A stretch of 62,976 nucleotides of DNA, the filler included, from Reticulomyxa filosa (Eukaryota > Protista > Foraminifera), in assembly GCA_000512085.1 (NCBI GenBank). It is 21 parts of 21 records of this genome, joined end to end, with 100 filler letters (N's around TTAATTAATTAA, not from the genome) between each part and the next. Parts side by side here need not be neighbours in the genome. Positions count along the whole stretch, not along the records: positions 1 to 4,338 come from ASPP01011059.1; positions 4,439 to 7,916 come from ASPP01027584.1; positions 8,017 to 9,933 come from ASPP01010573.1; positions 10,034 to 11,321 come from ASPP01047000.1; positions 11,422 to 13,200 come from ASPP01040470.1; positions 13,301 to 14,525 come from ASPP01012636.1; 15 more parts are not named here. One strand, 5' to 3'. Every line of letters starts with the position of its first letter. Position 1 is the first letter of the stretch. Shown in pieces: positions 1 through 13,346 of the stretch. The translations under genes were made by a program, and so were the position numbers. Below the pieces are notes generated by a model. It ran no database searches, was not told the DNA's origin, and saw only the letters and a program-made list of their open reading frames with translations.

Positions 1-153
1 TTTTTTTTTTTTTTTTGCCTTATTCCAATATTTGAAAGATAGCAACATTGGCAGGGATTGGGCAACACTATATGCCTATGTCGTGATGTGTGAGATGAAG
101 AAAAGTAGGGAAAAAACATATATATACGTATATATATATTTGTATATGTATAG

Positions 154-1119
154 GAAGAGGCCATTCGAACAGCTCAAGAAGAGTTTGGAGATTTGGGCCC
201 GGACATTGAACAATTTGTCGAATTGGACGCACCGAATCTTGAATATTGGGTTTCATCTTTGGACATGATGTGCGCGTTGTGCGAAAAAGCACAACCAACG
301 TTTACCGAATTAGCATTTGGAAAATCGATGAACGAAACGAAACTGATCGAAATGTTGTATTGTGCGACAGTAGAACGATATTTCAATGTGAGAAAGAATG
401 CATTTGCTCTGGTCGGAGATTTGATTGTTCATTGCAGTGATAAAATCGGACCGCACATTGGCAAATTTATGCCATTGTGCATTGAAAACTTGAAGCCAGA
501 ATACGGTTTGGTTTGCAACAATGCGAGCTGGTGTGTTGGGGTAGCCTTGGAAAAATATGGCTCGAAAATGAACATTTATTGGAAACCTGTTTTGGAACAC
601 TTGATTGTTATCTTGAAAGCAGATGATAAGAAAATCAAACATTTTGTGAAACCCAATGCTGCAATTACACTTGCCCGATTGGCTTGCACATTTCCAAATG
701 ATGTTATCAAACTCTGGGACAAATTTGCAGTGGATTGGATGAACGCTTTGAGTATATTCAACGAGGATGATGATAAAATCATGGCTTTTCAAACTTTAAT
801 CCGGGTTATCAATGCCAATCCAAAGGTCGTTGTTGAGCATAGACGAGGATTACGTGCGTTATTTTTTGCAATTTGCTCTTGGAAAAAACCTCCTCCAAAT
901 TTACAAAGTGGATTCAATAAAGTTTTGTTTTGTTTTTTATTTGCTCTTATTAACACGCTTTTTGAGACCCAGAAAAATAATTTACACATTTGTAACAAAA
1001 TGATATCATTATAGATACTGAATCTATTTAAAACTGCAGCCGGGACTAACTGGGAAACTGTGCTGAAAAACATTGACGACAACCTCGTTAAACAAATTCG
1101 AACTGAATACAATGTGTAA
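154..1119 (+). CDS. Transportin-1/importin-beta2 family, C-terminal exons (5' partial)
   Basis: Exon 154-921 has VRKNAFALVGDL, VCNNASWCVG, NAAITLARL and LFFAICSW. Intron 922-1014 (GT..AG). Last exon ILNLFKTAAGTNW...IRTEYNV* resembles the transportin C-terminus. Confidence 0.85.
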
Positions 1120-1636
1120 GAAAATTTTTCCACCTCCATTTAATGTTTAATTTTTCTGGTTATGTTCTGCTTGCTTTTGTTTTGTCTTTTGTTGTTTTAT
1201 TTGTCCGATTATTTGTTCTGTGAGGTGGGCACATTTTTCTTTTGGTAAAGCTTTATTTTTGTTTTTAATTAAACCGACTGACCCATTGTTGTGTTCGTGT
1301 TTGTCATACAACAACGTCACGGAAACTTGTGTTTTTGAGCAAAAAAGATTTAACATTTTTTAACACACAAAATCCGTTCTTTTCGCGGATGGGGTAATTA
1401 ATACTCGCAACAACTGAAAAATTATGTTACAAAATACAATTAATTGTAAAGGAGTCCCCAAGCATTAGTTTTGTAAGATCGTCTTGTGCCGATTTTCAAT
1501 TGATAGGTCAAATATTTTGACACGAAGTTTTAGTATGTATGACAGACTCTATAAAACGTTTTGAAAGCTGTTTTCTTAAGTTTTTAAAAAAAACAGAAAA
1601 TACATCAAAAAGAAAAATGTTGTCGGTTACAGAACA

Positions 1637-3227
1637 CTAAAAAGTTTTCCAAACAATAGCAACCAATGCAAAGACAACCCACGCAAAACTCATAAAGATT
1701 TTGAACCACCACAACCACTGTTCGCCAAAATATTTAGTTTTTCCATGATTATTTTTCTTTTTCCATTGAGTTTGTTTCCTTCGAATCCATTGTAACTTTT
1801 TGAAATTCAAAAACATTTGTTTGTAGTTGTTTTCCATGCAACTCTCATCATAAAGCATGGCAATGAAGAGGGTGCGAATCCATTCAATAACCAATAAAGA
1901 GACAAAGGCACCCCGTTGTTTCCATCTCTGCATGAAGGAGCGGTTGTGTTTGGTGGAGTTGTTTTGATTCAGATGCATACACTCATACTGATACTGTTCA
2001 TAGATCATCCAAAGGATATCAGTCCAAGTCCACTTCATGACATTCCAACTTTTGTTTTGATCTCCGGACGCTACGCGGTCAACCTTCGTATCATTCTCTT
2101 CATCACTTTCTGTCATAAAGTCCTGACTATCATCAAAGTCGTCATAAAAAAAAAAATTCTGGTGATACATACATCGTTTCTGTCGCTGCTTCGACTTTCG
2201 TGATTGGCGTGTGACCTGTGACGATGACTCTGCAAAAGTAGGAGGTGATGTTGAAGAAGATGAAGATAATGAAGTGGGCGATGGTGAGGGCGCATTGAGT
2301 GACTTTGAGTCTCTCGTCGAAATTTCTTTTTCATCTTCCAATTCGTCGTCACTCAAAGCTCCTTGTTGATAATTGTCGATCAAGTCCACAGTCGCATTTT
2401 CATACGCGAGTGATTTATTGTGACGCCTATTGTCATTCCAAAAAGTGGTCAAGGTGTGCACATGGTCATGGTCCCCTCCATGTTCCGCATCCGCCCCATT
2501 CAATGGAGATATATTCCCTAAAAATTGTGTTCGTTTCTCCGTTGGAAATTGATGGCGAGGCAAAAACTCGGCTATCACCATGCACGTATGTAAGTCCAGC
2601 ATTGTGCAATATGTATTGAAAAACGATGCGCATATGTGTCGATGAATATACAAATCATTCAGTCCATTGCTAATTGCTTCTTGAATAAATGGTCTTTTTT
2701 TCGCATAATATGTCACTGGCCGAGTTATCTGTTATTTTGGTGACTCATTTCTTTTCTTTCCTCCTCGCTCTCTTTCTTCTTGACCCTGCCCCCTTTTCCC
2801 CCCCCCCTTCCAAAAAAAAAAATTGGTTGTTGTTATTATGTGTGGCTCAAAAACTTCATTACAGTAATAAATATCTGCTCCGTATGACACCAACAACCTC
2901 ACAATTTCGGGGTGATCATAGTGACTGCTGTATTGCAGTGCCGTATAACCACCGACATTATCTTTCGCATTGGGGTCTGCCCCATGTTCCAACAACATTC
3001 GAACTGCAGCCACGTGACCTCTTCGGGCTGCTCGATGAAGTGGTCTTTGTCCATATTCGTCTTGATAGCTTACCCTCGCTTTGCCAAGGCTGTTTTTAAC
3101 TCTCCAAATCTCCTGAATCCGCTGCCAAAATAAACGCCTTTCCCAACGAATCTTCTCCCGCATTCAGAAATTTACGACCAAATTCTTGAGTGGAGCGCCA
3201 CCATGAGAAGGGATCGAATGTCGACAT
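1637..3227 (-). CDS. Ankyrin-repeat protein with C-terminal hydrophobic (membrane) segments; apparent frameshift near 3100
   Basis: ATG at 3227 reads ...AFILAADSGDLE, then another frame gives GQRPLHRAARRGH..LLEHGADPN and GYTALQYSSHYDHPEIVRLLVSYGAD. Intron 2854-2729 joins to ORF 1637-2716, which ends in hydrophobic helices. Confidence 0.7.
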
Positions 3228-4338
3228 TATGCAGCTCGCGAACTGTTATATTTGAAGAAAAGAATAAAAGTATTTTTTTCTCTTCTATCGTCCCCTTCTT
3301 CGGCTTTCACACGTTTCTTTTTCTATGTTAACTCTTCCATCGACGAAACAACATTATGAGTGGAACAAAGGGATTAATCTTTTATTAAATAAGCGATACA
3401 ATACAAATAAGTGAATACAAAAATCAACTAAATGCAGTTAAGATAATAAAGAAAGCAGAAAATAAAGCAAAACATATTTTCAACAAAAATATAATACGAA
3501 GTAATATTTGTCAAATAAAATAAAGATTCAAAAAGAACTTAAATTTTGAAAAAACTTTAGAAAAAAACGTGGCAAACATTAGATAAAAAAATCTTGATTA
3601 TGAAATATAACACACAAATAATAATGCTAAAAATCTCAATGTTTTAAATTTCTGTGTATAATATGCGTAGTGTTAGAATAAGAAAGAAATTTTCACATAA
3701 AATAGCACTTTTTAAAGATATCTGTTTTCTAAATGAAAGATTAACATTTTAATCAATTTTGGTTTTTTTCAAGTGAAAATACGATATCATTTAGTTGTCC
3801 CATAAATAACGCGATGTTTGATAACTATATAATGCAGCAACTAAAACAAAATGTGTTTTACATTTGCACAATTTGATATTGCAAACTGAAAACGACATTA
3901 GTCTATAGAAAATTCAATTATCTTTTTTAGGAATAACTAACTCATAAAGAACAAAATATGTTTGTCAAAATTTTTTTAAAAAGAAGTGCAACGAATATGC
4001 TTGTAACTATGTTTAACTTAATTTATTATTTTGTTGTATGGCAAGTCCATATTATACAATCTCAATACTAATGTAACGGCGGAACCACTTGTGTGTTAAA
4101 ACAATCTTCACAAAGTAACTAACTTTTGTGTTTTCTTTACTTGTTTTCCTTTATTGTGTTGAAATTATTTTTGTTAATTTAATTTCCTTTTACTGAAGTC
4201 GCTTTTTGGAACTAAGTTTCTTTCGTACTACAGTTAGTCATCTCAATATTCATAAATAGTCAATTGTAGTAAATTATGAAAATATATAAATGAAATACAC
4301 ATACTGTAAAACAATATTTTATAAATCACAATACAGTA

Positions 4339-4438
4339 NNNNNNNNNNNNNNNNNNNNNNNNNNNNNNNNNNNNNNNNNNNNTTAATTAATTAANNNNNN
4401 NNNNNNNNNNNNNNNNNNNNNNNNNNNNNNNNNNNNNN
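4339..4438. other. Artificial contig linker (N-run/TTAATTAATTAA/N-run); first of 20
   Basis: Identical 12-mer with stops in all six frames, flanked by N-runs, at about 4383, 7961, 9978, 11366, 13245, 14570, 16016, 17894, 19734, 24565, 26600, 27714, 29028, 31210, 36700, 38039, 41026, 48042, 51771 and 53081. Confidence 0.98.
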
Positions 4439-7400
4439 TTACACAGGTTTTCACTGATGCCATATAGCTCTTGTTGTGTGGTACCGATACATGCAAAATT
4501 GTCACAAATTTCAGTGGCATCTCAGCAGTTTGTGGAATTATTATCAAGATCAACGCCATCTGGCAGAGCAAGCCACAAGAGGTGCAATCCCAAGGCGAAG
4601 ACATCATGAACATTTTAAAGAAGTCCATGGAAGAAGCTTCTGAACGTTATTTGATAAAAAAACAAAGATACAATGTGTTCGTGTTTCAAAGAAGTCGCAC
4701 TTTGTAACAAGTTTTTTGTTATATGAGTATATGTATGTGTAGACATCCTTTTTTTTTTATAAAAAAAAAGATAATCGAAACTGCAATGAATGGCTGCAAA
4801 ATCCTAATGTTGAAAATGGCATTATACTGTTCAATTTTTTTAAAAAATCAAATGTTCGCATTATATTGTCCCTGAATTCTCAGTAAATTTAAAATCCTTT
4901 ATTCAATTACAATAATTTAATATAACTCATCAAGAAAAGTTGTACTACTTTGCATTATTTCAAACAAAGTAAGAAGAAAATCAAATGATAATCGAAAAAC
5001 AAACAGAATCAACACAGAGTTCGAATTAGTATTTGACATGACCATAAGATTTTATTTCAATGTTGCAAAAAGCAAACCTCTAAGCCCTTCAAATCCTGAA
5101 CAAAATCAAAACAAAATATAAAACAGCAACAAGGTATTAAAATATGAGTGACTTTTGCATAGCATACAAAACAAGTTTGTTCAATATTTTGATTTACTTT
5201 TTCATCAAAAATTTTTCTGAAAAATTGACGATTTTCAGTTTCTTTGTTTTCTGCGACCGCTTCAGTGCTACTTAATTTTTCGATAAGATAGGATCTTAAC
5301 TGGATTTTGCACTTAGCCTTGGCAAAGTAATCAATGCCATCAATATATATGTAAAAATATATAGTCAGATCTTAAAGTTTATTTTTTTTTCCATAAACTA
5401 TTAAAACTGGTAAATGTTTTTTTGGATAAATTTAGTATAATAAAATAAAAAAAACAAAACCTCTTTCAATTATACTAATATCAATTGATAATATTTTTCT
5501 GCTTTACAGTTTTGGACTATAATCCTTATATGCGTCCAGGGGTTGGTCTAAGGGAATATTAGACTGTAGATAATATGACTACTAGGCGGATATTCATAAT
5601 GCAGGCAAAGCCTAGGGCCGGCCTAGTAGTCATATACAGGTTCGCATTCGAAACTGATGTATGAAGAAAATTGCATAAATATCTACATGATCAATGGAAC
5701 ATTTGACATACTTAGTTTTGGGTTTTCCGACCTAGTGTTTTCATGATGAACATTACTGCAAGAGTTATCATCGTCGCGCAATGTCGCATTTATAGCTTTA
5801 CTTACAGGAGGTTTTGTGGTATTCCGAGAGGGATTAGCCTTTCATTACTTAATAATATGGGTAGAACTGGCGCTAGGGGTGGAGAGAGACCCCCTGCTGT
5901 TATGACTGTGACGTCATGTTGGAGAGGTGATCTGCCAAATTTAACATACATTTCATCAGCAACACGACCGTCATTATTATTGTCATTACTAGTCGCGATT
6001 GAAAGGAGGACAATGACTCACAAATGTGCTACTGTCCGACCAGGTCGTTGGAGATAGATATGACAAAGGTAAGCGTTTTGCTCGATCCCATCTCTGCGCC
6101 AAGCACAAACACACGATCTTGGTGGTTACAACTGTCTGTATAATTTACTCTTTAGTTTGAATGTTTCACATATTATCTTGTAGTCCATCATACACTTTGC
6201 CAACAATTTGTCTAAGTATACTATTGTATCCACGTGCAAAGATGTTGACTGCATCTTCATTACCAGATGATAAAAATTCATTTTTAAACATTGTTGCAAA
6301 AGTCCATTTTTTATTTCTTTAATTATTGACAAGCTTAAAGATGAAAAAAAGCAAAGAGTTAAGGAATTTTTAAAAGTTTGTTTTACGTTTGCAGAGAGTG
6401 GCAATTTTAGAAAAATCACAATTATGGTGTTGTGATAATTAATAATCAGTATTGATATGGATGCCTGATGAAATGGACTTATATTCACCCTCTTCTAAAA
6501 TATTCAAATATAACGGTCAAGTAGCGAAATTTGAATTCGGAGAGGACCGCTATTGTCAATTGAAAAGACATGGCCACCAAGAGCAAATCAAGTTTGCAGC
6601 AGAGGAAAAAAATGTACTAAAAAATAAAACAAAAAGAAAATACATGCATTCAATATTCGCACATACACACATTGGGCAGACAGCATCTTTTACATGCTAA
6701 CCAAAGGATGCAATCGCAATCTGCAGCAACATTAGAATTGTGCCAGCCTGAGCAGTACTATTATTGCAATAGTGACAATTGTGCAACTGTGCAACCGTGT
6801 ATGAAATTAATGAAATTAAAAGGGAAAAAAATGAGTTGTGGAAAAGTTTTATGAAGAAAGATTTTTTGGTTATTTCATAATAAAACATAACAAACAACTT
6901 GAAAATGACTATTGAGAACACAATGAACTAATCAAACATTTTTTATTGCTCATTTTCTCGGGCAAAAAGCGTAGTGATATGTTTGTTTTAAACAAACTGA
7001 ATGGCCTGTATTTGCAAACTGATGGAAAATAAAATTAGATCTCGATCTTTGGATCTATCTCCTTCAAAAAATTATAGCTCATTTGACAATGTCATAGGTT
7101 GAAATAAGTCATTCCCAAGACACATTTTAAAAAGAAAAAAGGGAATTATTATTGGAGTATTTGACAGACAAATCTATTAAAGTTTTCACAGTAATATTAT
7201 GCTTATCCGCCAATCCTTATTTTTTTCAGTTGCAATTATGATTTATTTTGTGTGCTGCATTCGCATTCATACATACCTTTAACCATACGTGATTAACTCT
7301 AGCCACAATTGTGACAGACAAAAGACTGGAACAAAGATGAAATATTTGAAAGTTTGAGAAAACAGGCAACAAAAATGTTTACGTGACAGATTGACACACT

Positions 7401-8016
7401 TTTCAATAATTCTTTTAAATATTGTTATTTTTTAAAAAGCAATTTGATTTGTAATGCTGATCAAACGCTTTCTCTTTTTGATTAGTAATTTTTCAGATTT
7501 ATCAAATATCTCATATAAGATACAAGGATCTGTACACTTGCAATTTTTGGAAACAATCTTAAAATGAGAAAGTAAAAAGTACATTTCCTTTTTTGGCCAA
7601 GTACTCGCTTTTTTATGGCTTCTTTTGTTAAAAAACAATTTAGACATATTTTCATTAAAAAACAGACGTTTAGTTAGCATGTGCAATAATATTGAAATTG
7701 AACAAACATAAAAAAAGAGTTGTGACGTTGACGCAAAACATATACTTGAACGTCTTTACTAATAGTGCCAAAAGCACTTCTGAAAGGTTTCTTCAATGAA
7801 GAAAATGCTCTATTGATATTAGCCGAATGTTTACGTTCTTGACTTGCTTTCAGCTCATTTTAGACATTTAACAGATGAAGCAATGAAAAAAAAGAAAAGC
7901 TTTATAAAAAAAAAAANNNNNNNNNNNNNNNNNNNNNNNNNNNNNNNNNNNNNNNNNNNNTTAATTAATTAANNNNNNNNNNNNNNNNNNNNNNNNNNNN
8001 NNNNNNNNNNNNNNNN

Positions 8017-8807
8017 AGACAAAAGAAAGAGAAAAGCTTTGAGTAATCCTCAGGTATTATCCCAAGTGGACACTCATAGAATCCGCATTTACCGTAGAGA
8101 CATTGAACCAAGTGCAAAGGCTACATATAGTCCCTCTGGTCATGCCGCAATACACCAGAAAACCAATGAAGCCCTTGACAACAACTCAAATCGAGAGTTT
8201 GGCAAATCCTTGTCCACTATTTGGTCGCATTCTACCGTGCGCAAGGACAGCTACTCTTTCGCGTCACAGGAGGACCAGAACGCCAGGACTTCATTAGTAC
8301 ACGCTGGGTGTGTGTATGCTTTGCTCTTCCTATGTCCTGATCTGTTACTTTTTCATTTTGTTTTGCTTTCATGTTCATTGTAGGGACAGTGGCGTTGATG
8401 AAGATGTTAATACCAACACTACAGCAGATGTTGCACGAGACAATGGTGATAACACATTTTTTCATACGACAGAAAAGCAAATGAATACAAAAACACAAAC
8501 TGAAAATGTAAATGACAGCGATGACGATAATGGTGATAGAAATGACAATGACAATACCGATGTTGGTTTGGCTAGAAGTAGTCATGATAGTCGTTCATCC
8601 GCAGACAAAACGAATTCAGGGGCAAGAGTGCCCATTCTTGTGTCTGATAATGATGAACTTGCGAATACAAAGATTGGATCTAAAGACTTGGCTGCGCTTC
8701 CACTTCAACCACAACCTATTACTAAAGGTGCTAATGTTATTGCTTTGGATAAATCCATGCCTTCCTTCCCATTTCACACAGCTTCCTCTTCAACCACGCC
8801 AAGCTGA
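8017..8807 (+). CDS. Hypothetical low-complexity protein, 3' exons (partial)
   Basis: ORFs 8039 and 8310 can be joined across a T-rich intron ending TTGTAG at about 8383. D/N-rich, no recognisable domain. Confidence 0.4.
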
Positions 8808-10033
8808 CCAATTTTTGTATACTCATTTGGACGCTTGTACTTTGTGCAAAGAGAAAAAACGTCCAAAGAGTGAAAAAATTTTCATTTTTGTAAAAAAAAA
8901 ATTATGATTGTTAATTTTCTCTAATCTCTTTTATGTTTTTATACTTTTGGTTGTAGGTCTAATACACTTCTCTCTGATTGACGGGCGTTTGAGTGCATTT
9001 TGACCTTTTTCTTTTTTTAGAAAATTTTTTTGTTTAGTTCGATAGTATTTCAGCAAAAATTCCTAATACCTTTCATATCTTTTGTAGATGTACTCCTTCG
9101 CAGCTCTTTTTTATTTGATCTAAATACTTTTTTTTTGTGACTGTAGCAGGAATCCCTCCAAAAAGAAACAAAAGAGCACATAATCTTACAACATCATACA
9201 GATAATGTGCAGTTCTTGCAAAGGGTTTTAGAAAATGATTTATACGTAAAAAACATTGTCCACAGAAGCTTATCTGTCAATCTGAAGAAATATTTAGCCT
9301 AAAGATATTTAATATTTGTCAAGAGCATCCTCTCGCAAAGAGCACAAAAGTTTATTGATAAACCCATCGCAATATCAATTGTAACAAGAAAGCTGTATTA
9401 ATTTGATCCACTGTGCCAAAAACACTCAAAGAAAAAAGCTCACACAACCCAAACACTCGCATTTTGCTGCAACAGAGTGTGATAGCTCACATGAAAAAAC
9501 AGACAGTCATATTTAAACGCACGACACGCAAAAAAAAAAATAACACGACAAAAAAAACCAAACAAATCAAAACAAATAAAATAACATCACTTCCCCATTT
9601 CTCAAAGAAAACCCAGCAAAACCCTCCCTCTCCCCCCCCCCCCCCCCACAAAGAATAAAAAAATACACAATCACCAGCACCTTTTTCTTGACATCAACCT
9701 CTTCTTGCACTGCAACATAGCGTGAGACCAATCATAAAGTCACACGGATGTTTGTACAGCCTTGTTGCATTTGCTCGTTGTTTTTTCTTGACAAGAAAAA
9801 AGTAACAAAAGTTGTTTTAACAGACGTGTCGTGCTGATGAAAGATGTAATTCCAACCTTCTCCCACGACAAAAACAAAACAAGATTAACAAAAAAAAAAA
9901 AAAAAAAAAAAGGGGTAAAAAAAAAAAAAAAAANNNNNNNNNNNNNNNNNNNNNNNNNNNNNNNNNNNNNNNNNNNNTTAATTAATTAANNNNNNNNNNN
10001 NNNNNNNNNNNNNNNNNNNNNNNNNNNNNNNNN

Positions 10034-11321
10034 GTGGAAATTTCTTGTCCTGATCAAAAGAAACCGTTATTATTCTGCAGTTTCTATCGAAATTTGCAGT
10101 GTAAAACATTCAATTTTCAAGCATTCGAACAAGAATTACAATCTGCTATGAATGCTCATCATCCTGCATGGTTGGACCAGAATACTGATGATGTGAGTGA
10201 GTGTATTCTCGATTTCATTACATCCAATGGGTTACATATTATCAATATATTACCATTTGATTGTACATTCATGAAGGACAATGCGACATCAAGTATTGAT
10301 ATCACATTATGTTAATCATCTATTCTTCCATTAATTAGTAATTGGAGAACGGATGTGAACAATTTAGATTGAGATTGAAGAAGAACATTGACAATTGGAT
10401 GCAATCTATTGATCCTAATGTATTGGGAAGCACAGAGACATTGGACAAAGCAGTTGAATCTTGGACCAAACGTGTTGTCGACGCTGGAGAGGCAACCATT
10501 GGTATTAAATACAAGGACTTATTCACGCAATTTAAGGCATTGAACAACAATAAAATCTGTATTATTCCAGCATTGGTGAACAAGGAGACCAATTCAGTGG
10601 CGAAATCAGATGCAGAGAAAGCGTATCTGTTGGCAAAGACATTTGCAGAGCCACCTCAGCCTCCAAAAGATGTAGATGAAAAGCATTATGAGACAGTAGA
10701 AGAAGATATTAGATTTAAAGTAGCGATATCTAAACCATTGGAATTGGATGAAAGTTGTATGTGATCATTTGATATTCATCAAAGTGATATTATAAATGAG
10801 GAAGTTGTTGAGGCATTGAGACATTTGTCTCCACACAAAGCTCAAGGATCAGATAACAGCCATAATTAGATGCTTAAGAATGGTAGTAATGCAATGATTG
10901 ATTCATTGGTATTCCTATTTGGATGGAGTTTTTGAATGGGTTACATGCCAATTGAATGGAAAAAGGCAAACATTGTGCCCATTCCCAAGCCTGACAGAGA
11001 TCACAGACAGTGTAAGAATCATCGACCAATTGCGCTATTATCAAATGTTGTTAAATTGATGGAAAGGATCATCACAAGGAGGTTAATGTGGTGGCTAAAT
11101 GAAAAGAAATTATTGCGTCAAACACAAGCAGGATTCCAATCGTGGCATAATACAGAAGAATTGTTATTGCGATTGGCTGAGACGATCCACAAGTCTTTCG
11201 ATTGCAATTCAGTGATATATGCAGTATTATTGTACATCTCTGCAGTATATGATAGTGTTTGGAGAAATGGATTGAGATATAAAATGAGAAATGAATTTAA
11301 ATTAGATGGAAGATTGTATTG
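10034..11321 (+). mobile_element. Decayed non-LTR (LINE) retrotransposon: end of AP-endonuclease plus start of reverse transcriptase
   Basis: MNAHHPAW and SSIDITLC (APE motifs); WKKANIVPIPKP, HRPIALLSNVVKLMERII, QAGFQ and SAVYDSVW (RT motifs). In-frame stops and deletions. Confidence 0.92.
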
Positions 11322-11421
11322 NNNNNNNNNNNNNNNNNNNNNNNNNNNNNNNNNNNNNNNNNNNNTTAATTAATTAANNNNNNNNNNNNNNNNNNNNNNN
11401 NNNNNNNNNNNNNNNNNNNNN

Positions 11422-13200
11422 TTCAATAAACTTGGCTTTTGAATTAAAAAATGTAGCATATTCTTTATCCACCTTCCTTTCAAATTCAAAGATCTCTGCT
11501 AAATCGCCACGGGTCAATCCTTGAGGATACCACGTTTCAAACTTTTCAAAGAAATCTTTGATCCACAAATGGAGAGCAATACTCAATAGCTCTTCGTTCA
11601 AACCTGTTTGTATTTCCAAACTTTTGAAATCTTGTTTTATCTTTTTCAATAAAAGATTGGAGATGCCATTTTTGTCGTTTTGTCTCATCAGTTCTTGAAT
11701 TTTGCCTCCATCTTGTGGGGCTCCTTCATTTCGCAGCAGTAATAGCAAATGATACAAAAATCGCAATAATGTTGATATCAACGGTCTCAAACCACATGGC
11801 TCTATTTTTTGAGGGGACGTATAATATCTCTTCAATATAAACCAAATGCTCTTTGAGTTTATTGCATTCCCCAATTTGCTAAACAACCTATTGCCAGATA
11901 CATTAACAATTGTGGCACCACAACCTTTCCATGGACATGTCATATTTTTAGGCAACGATGTATTGATCACAAATGAATGATTGTGCAAACAACGAATTTT
12001 CAAATGCTCGTCCGAACTGGGATTGTGATCCGTGTTGACCAAGAATGAATCAGGCTCAAACAGAAATCGGAATGGATTGCGTTTCATGAAAGGAATAATC
12101 GCCATAAAATGGAAACAAAGTCTTATCACAATCAAGTCAAGTGAGTCTTTGATATGCTTCCAATAAAACAATTGAGTGTCTCTAGGAGATGATGTGAGAA
12201 GAGTGAAAATTTGCCAAAATATTTTTTGGTTGGCAAGTTCCTTGTTACATGTTTGGATATACGTACGCAAGTCTGTATAAAAATCATTGATATATTTTTA
12301 TTTGCTTTAATTTAATTTGTTTTTTTTTTGTGATAAATTTGAGAGAGACAGAGAGAGAAAAGTAACTATGTAATTGTTTTTCCAAGTAGCTGTGATCAGA
12401 CAAACGAATCAGTGACAAAGACTCGGCAATCATTTGACAGGAAACAGGTAGGTCAAAGTTTTGGGTTATATTTTTATGCAATAAGTCTCTATAATTCTTG
12501 TTTCCGTAGATTCCAATAAATGGATTGAAATCACTATTGCACAATGTCCTTGCACTCAACAATCTGAACACATTCTTTGAATTGACTTTTCCAAGGAGAG
12601 GAAAGTGCCGACGGATCGCTGAATGAGTAAAGACCATTTCAATCCAATGAATTCCTTTGCACATGTAAAATTGTTTCAAAAACCACACGTGCAAAGAGTG
12701 TTCGTATGAACGATTGGTAGCCAACAACTGGTCCATTTTTTGTAATAATTCGTTCATGCGACGATTATTATTCAGTTTTGACAAACCCATATTTTCGTGA
12801 ATCATGGTAGTGATAAGCGTAGCCAAATGCACTTTCGTTGTTGAAATTTCCACAACCATGTTAATCTCATTCCCCTTACTTTGACCAATTTGACGACACC
12901 ACTTCTTCCAACTCTCAGTATTTTCATTTATTTGTCCACTCAAAAGTATGGACTCCAAACAACGATTCAACAGCGTTGCCTCCGTCGAACATGGATCGAG
13001 ATTGCTAAGAAAGCATCCATATGTCACCATTTCTTTTAGAACTTGTGTTTTAGCAATGGACATGTCTCCAAGCTCGGAATACAGTTTGGACAAAATGGAG
13101 GTATATATTTTAGATTTGCTTTCATTCATCCCATTTCCTTCCACGCGTTGGATTGCGATGAGTAAATCCTGGACAAAGAGAGGGTATTTTTCATTGGATG
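11422..13200 (-). CDS. RNF213/mysterin-like large protein fragment with RZ-finger-like motif (partial at both ends)
   Basis: Two long ORFs separated by a probable intron (about 12265-12360). CLHNH..CPWKGCGATI followed by LRPLISTLLRFLYHLLLL resembles the RNF213 E3/RZ region. Confidence 0.55.
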
Positions 13201-13300
13201 NNNNNNNNNNNNNNNNNNNNNNNNNNNNNNNNNNNNNNNNNNNNTTAATTAATTAANNNNNNNNNNNNNNNNNNNNNNNNNNNNNNNNNNNNNNNNNNNN

Positions 13301-13301
<1 letters not shown>

Positions 13302-13342
<41 letters not shown>
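13302..13342. repeat. (AT)n microsatellite
   Basis: About 20 AT units at the contig edge. Confidence 0.95.

Positions 13343-13344
<2 letters not shown>

Positions 13345-13346
<2 letters not shown>

Noticed and set aside
5714-5732. AAAACCCAAAAC as a telomerase RNA template
   Set aside because: The telomere repeat of this organism is unknown to me, and such a short motif is expected by chance.
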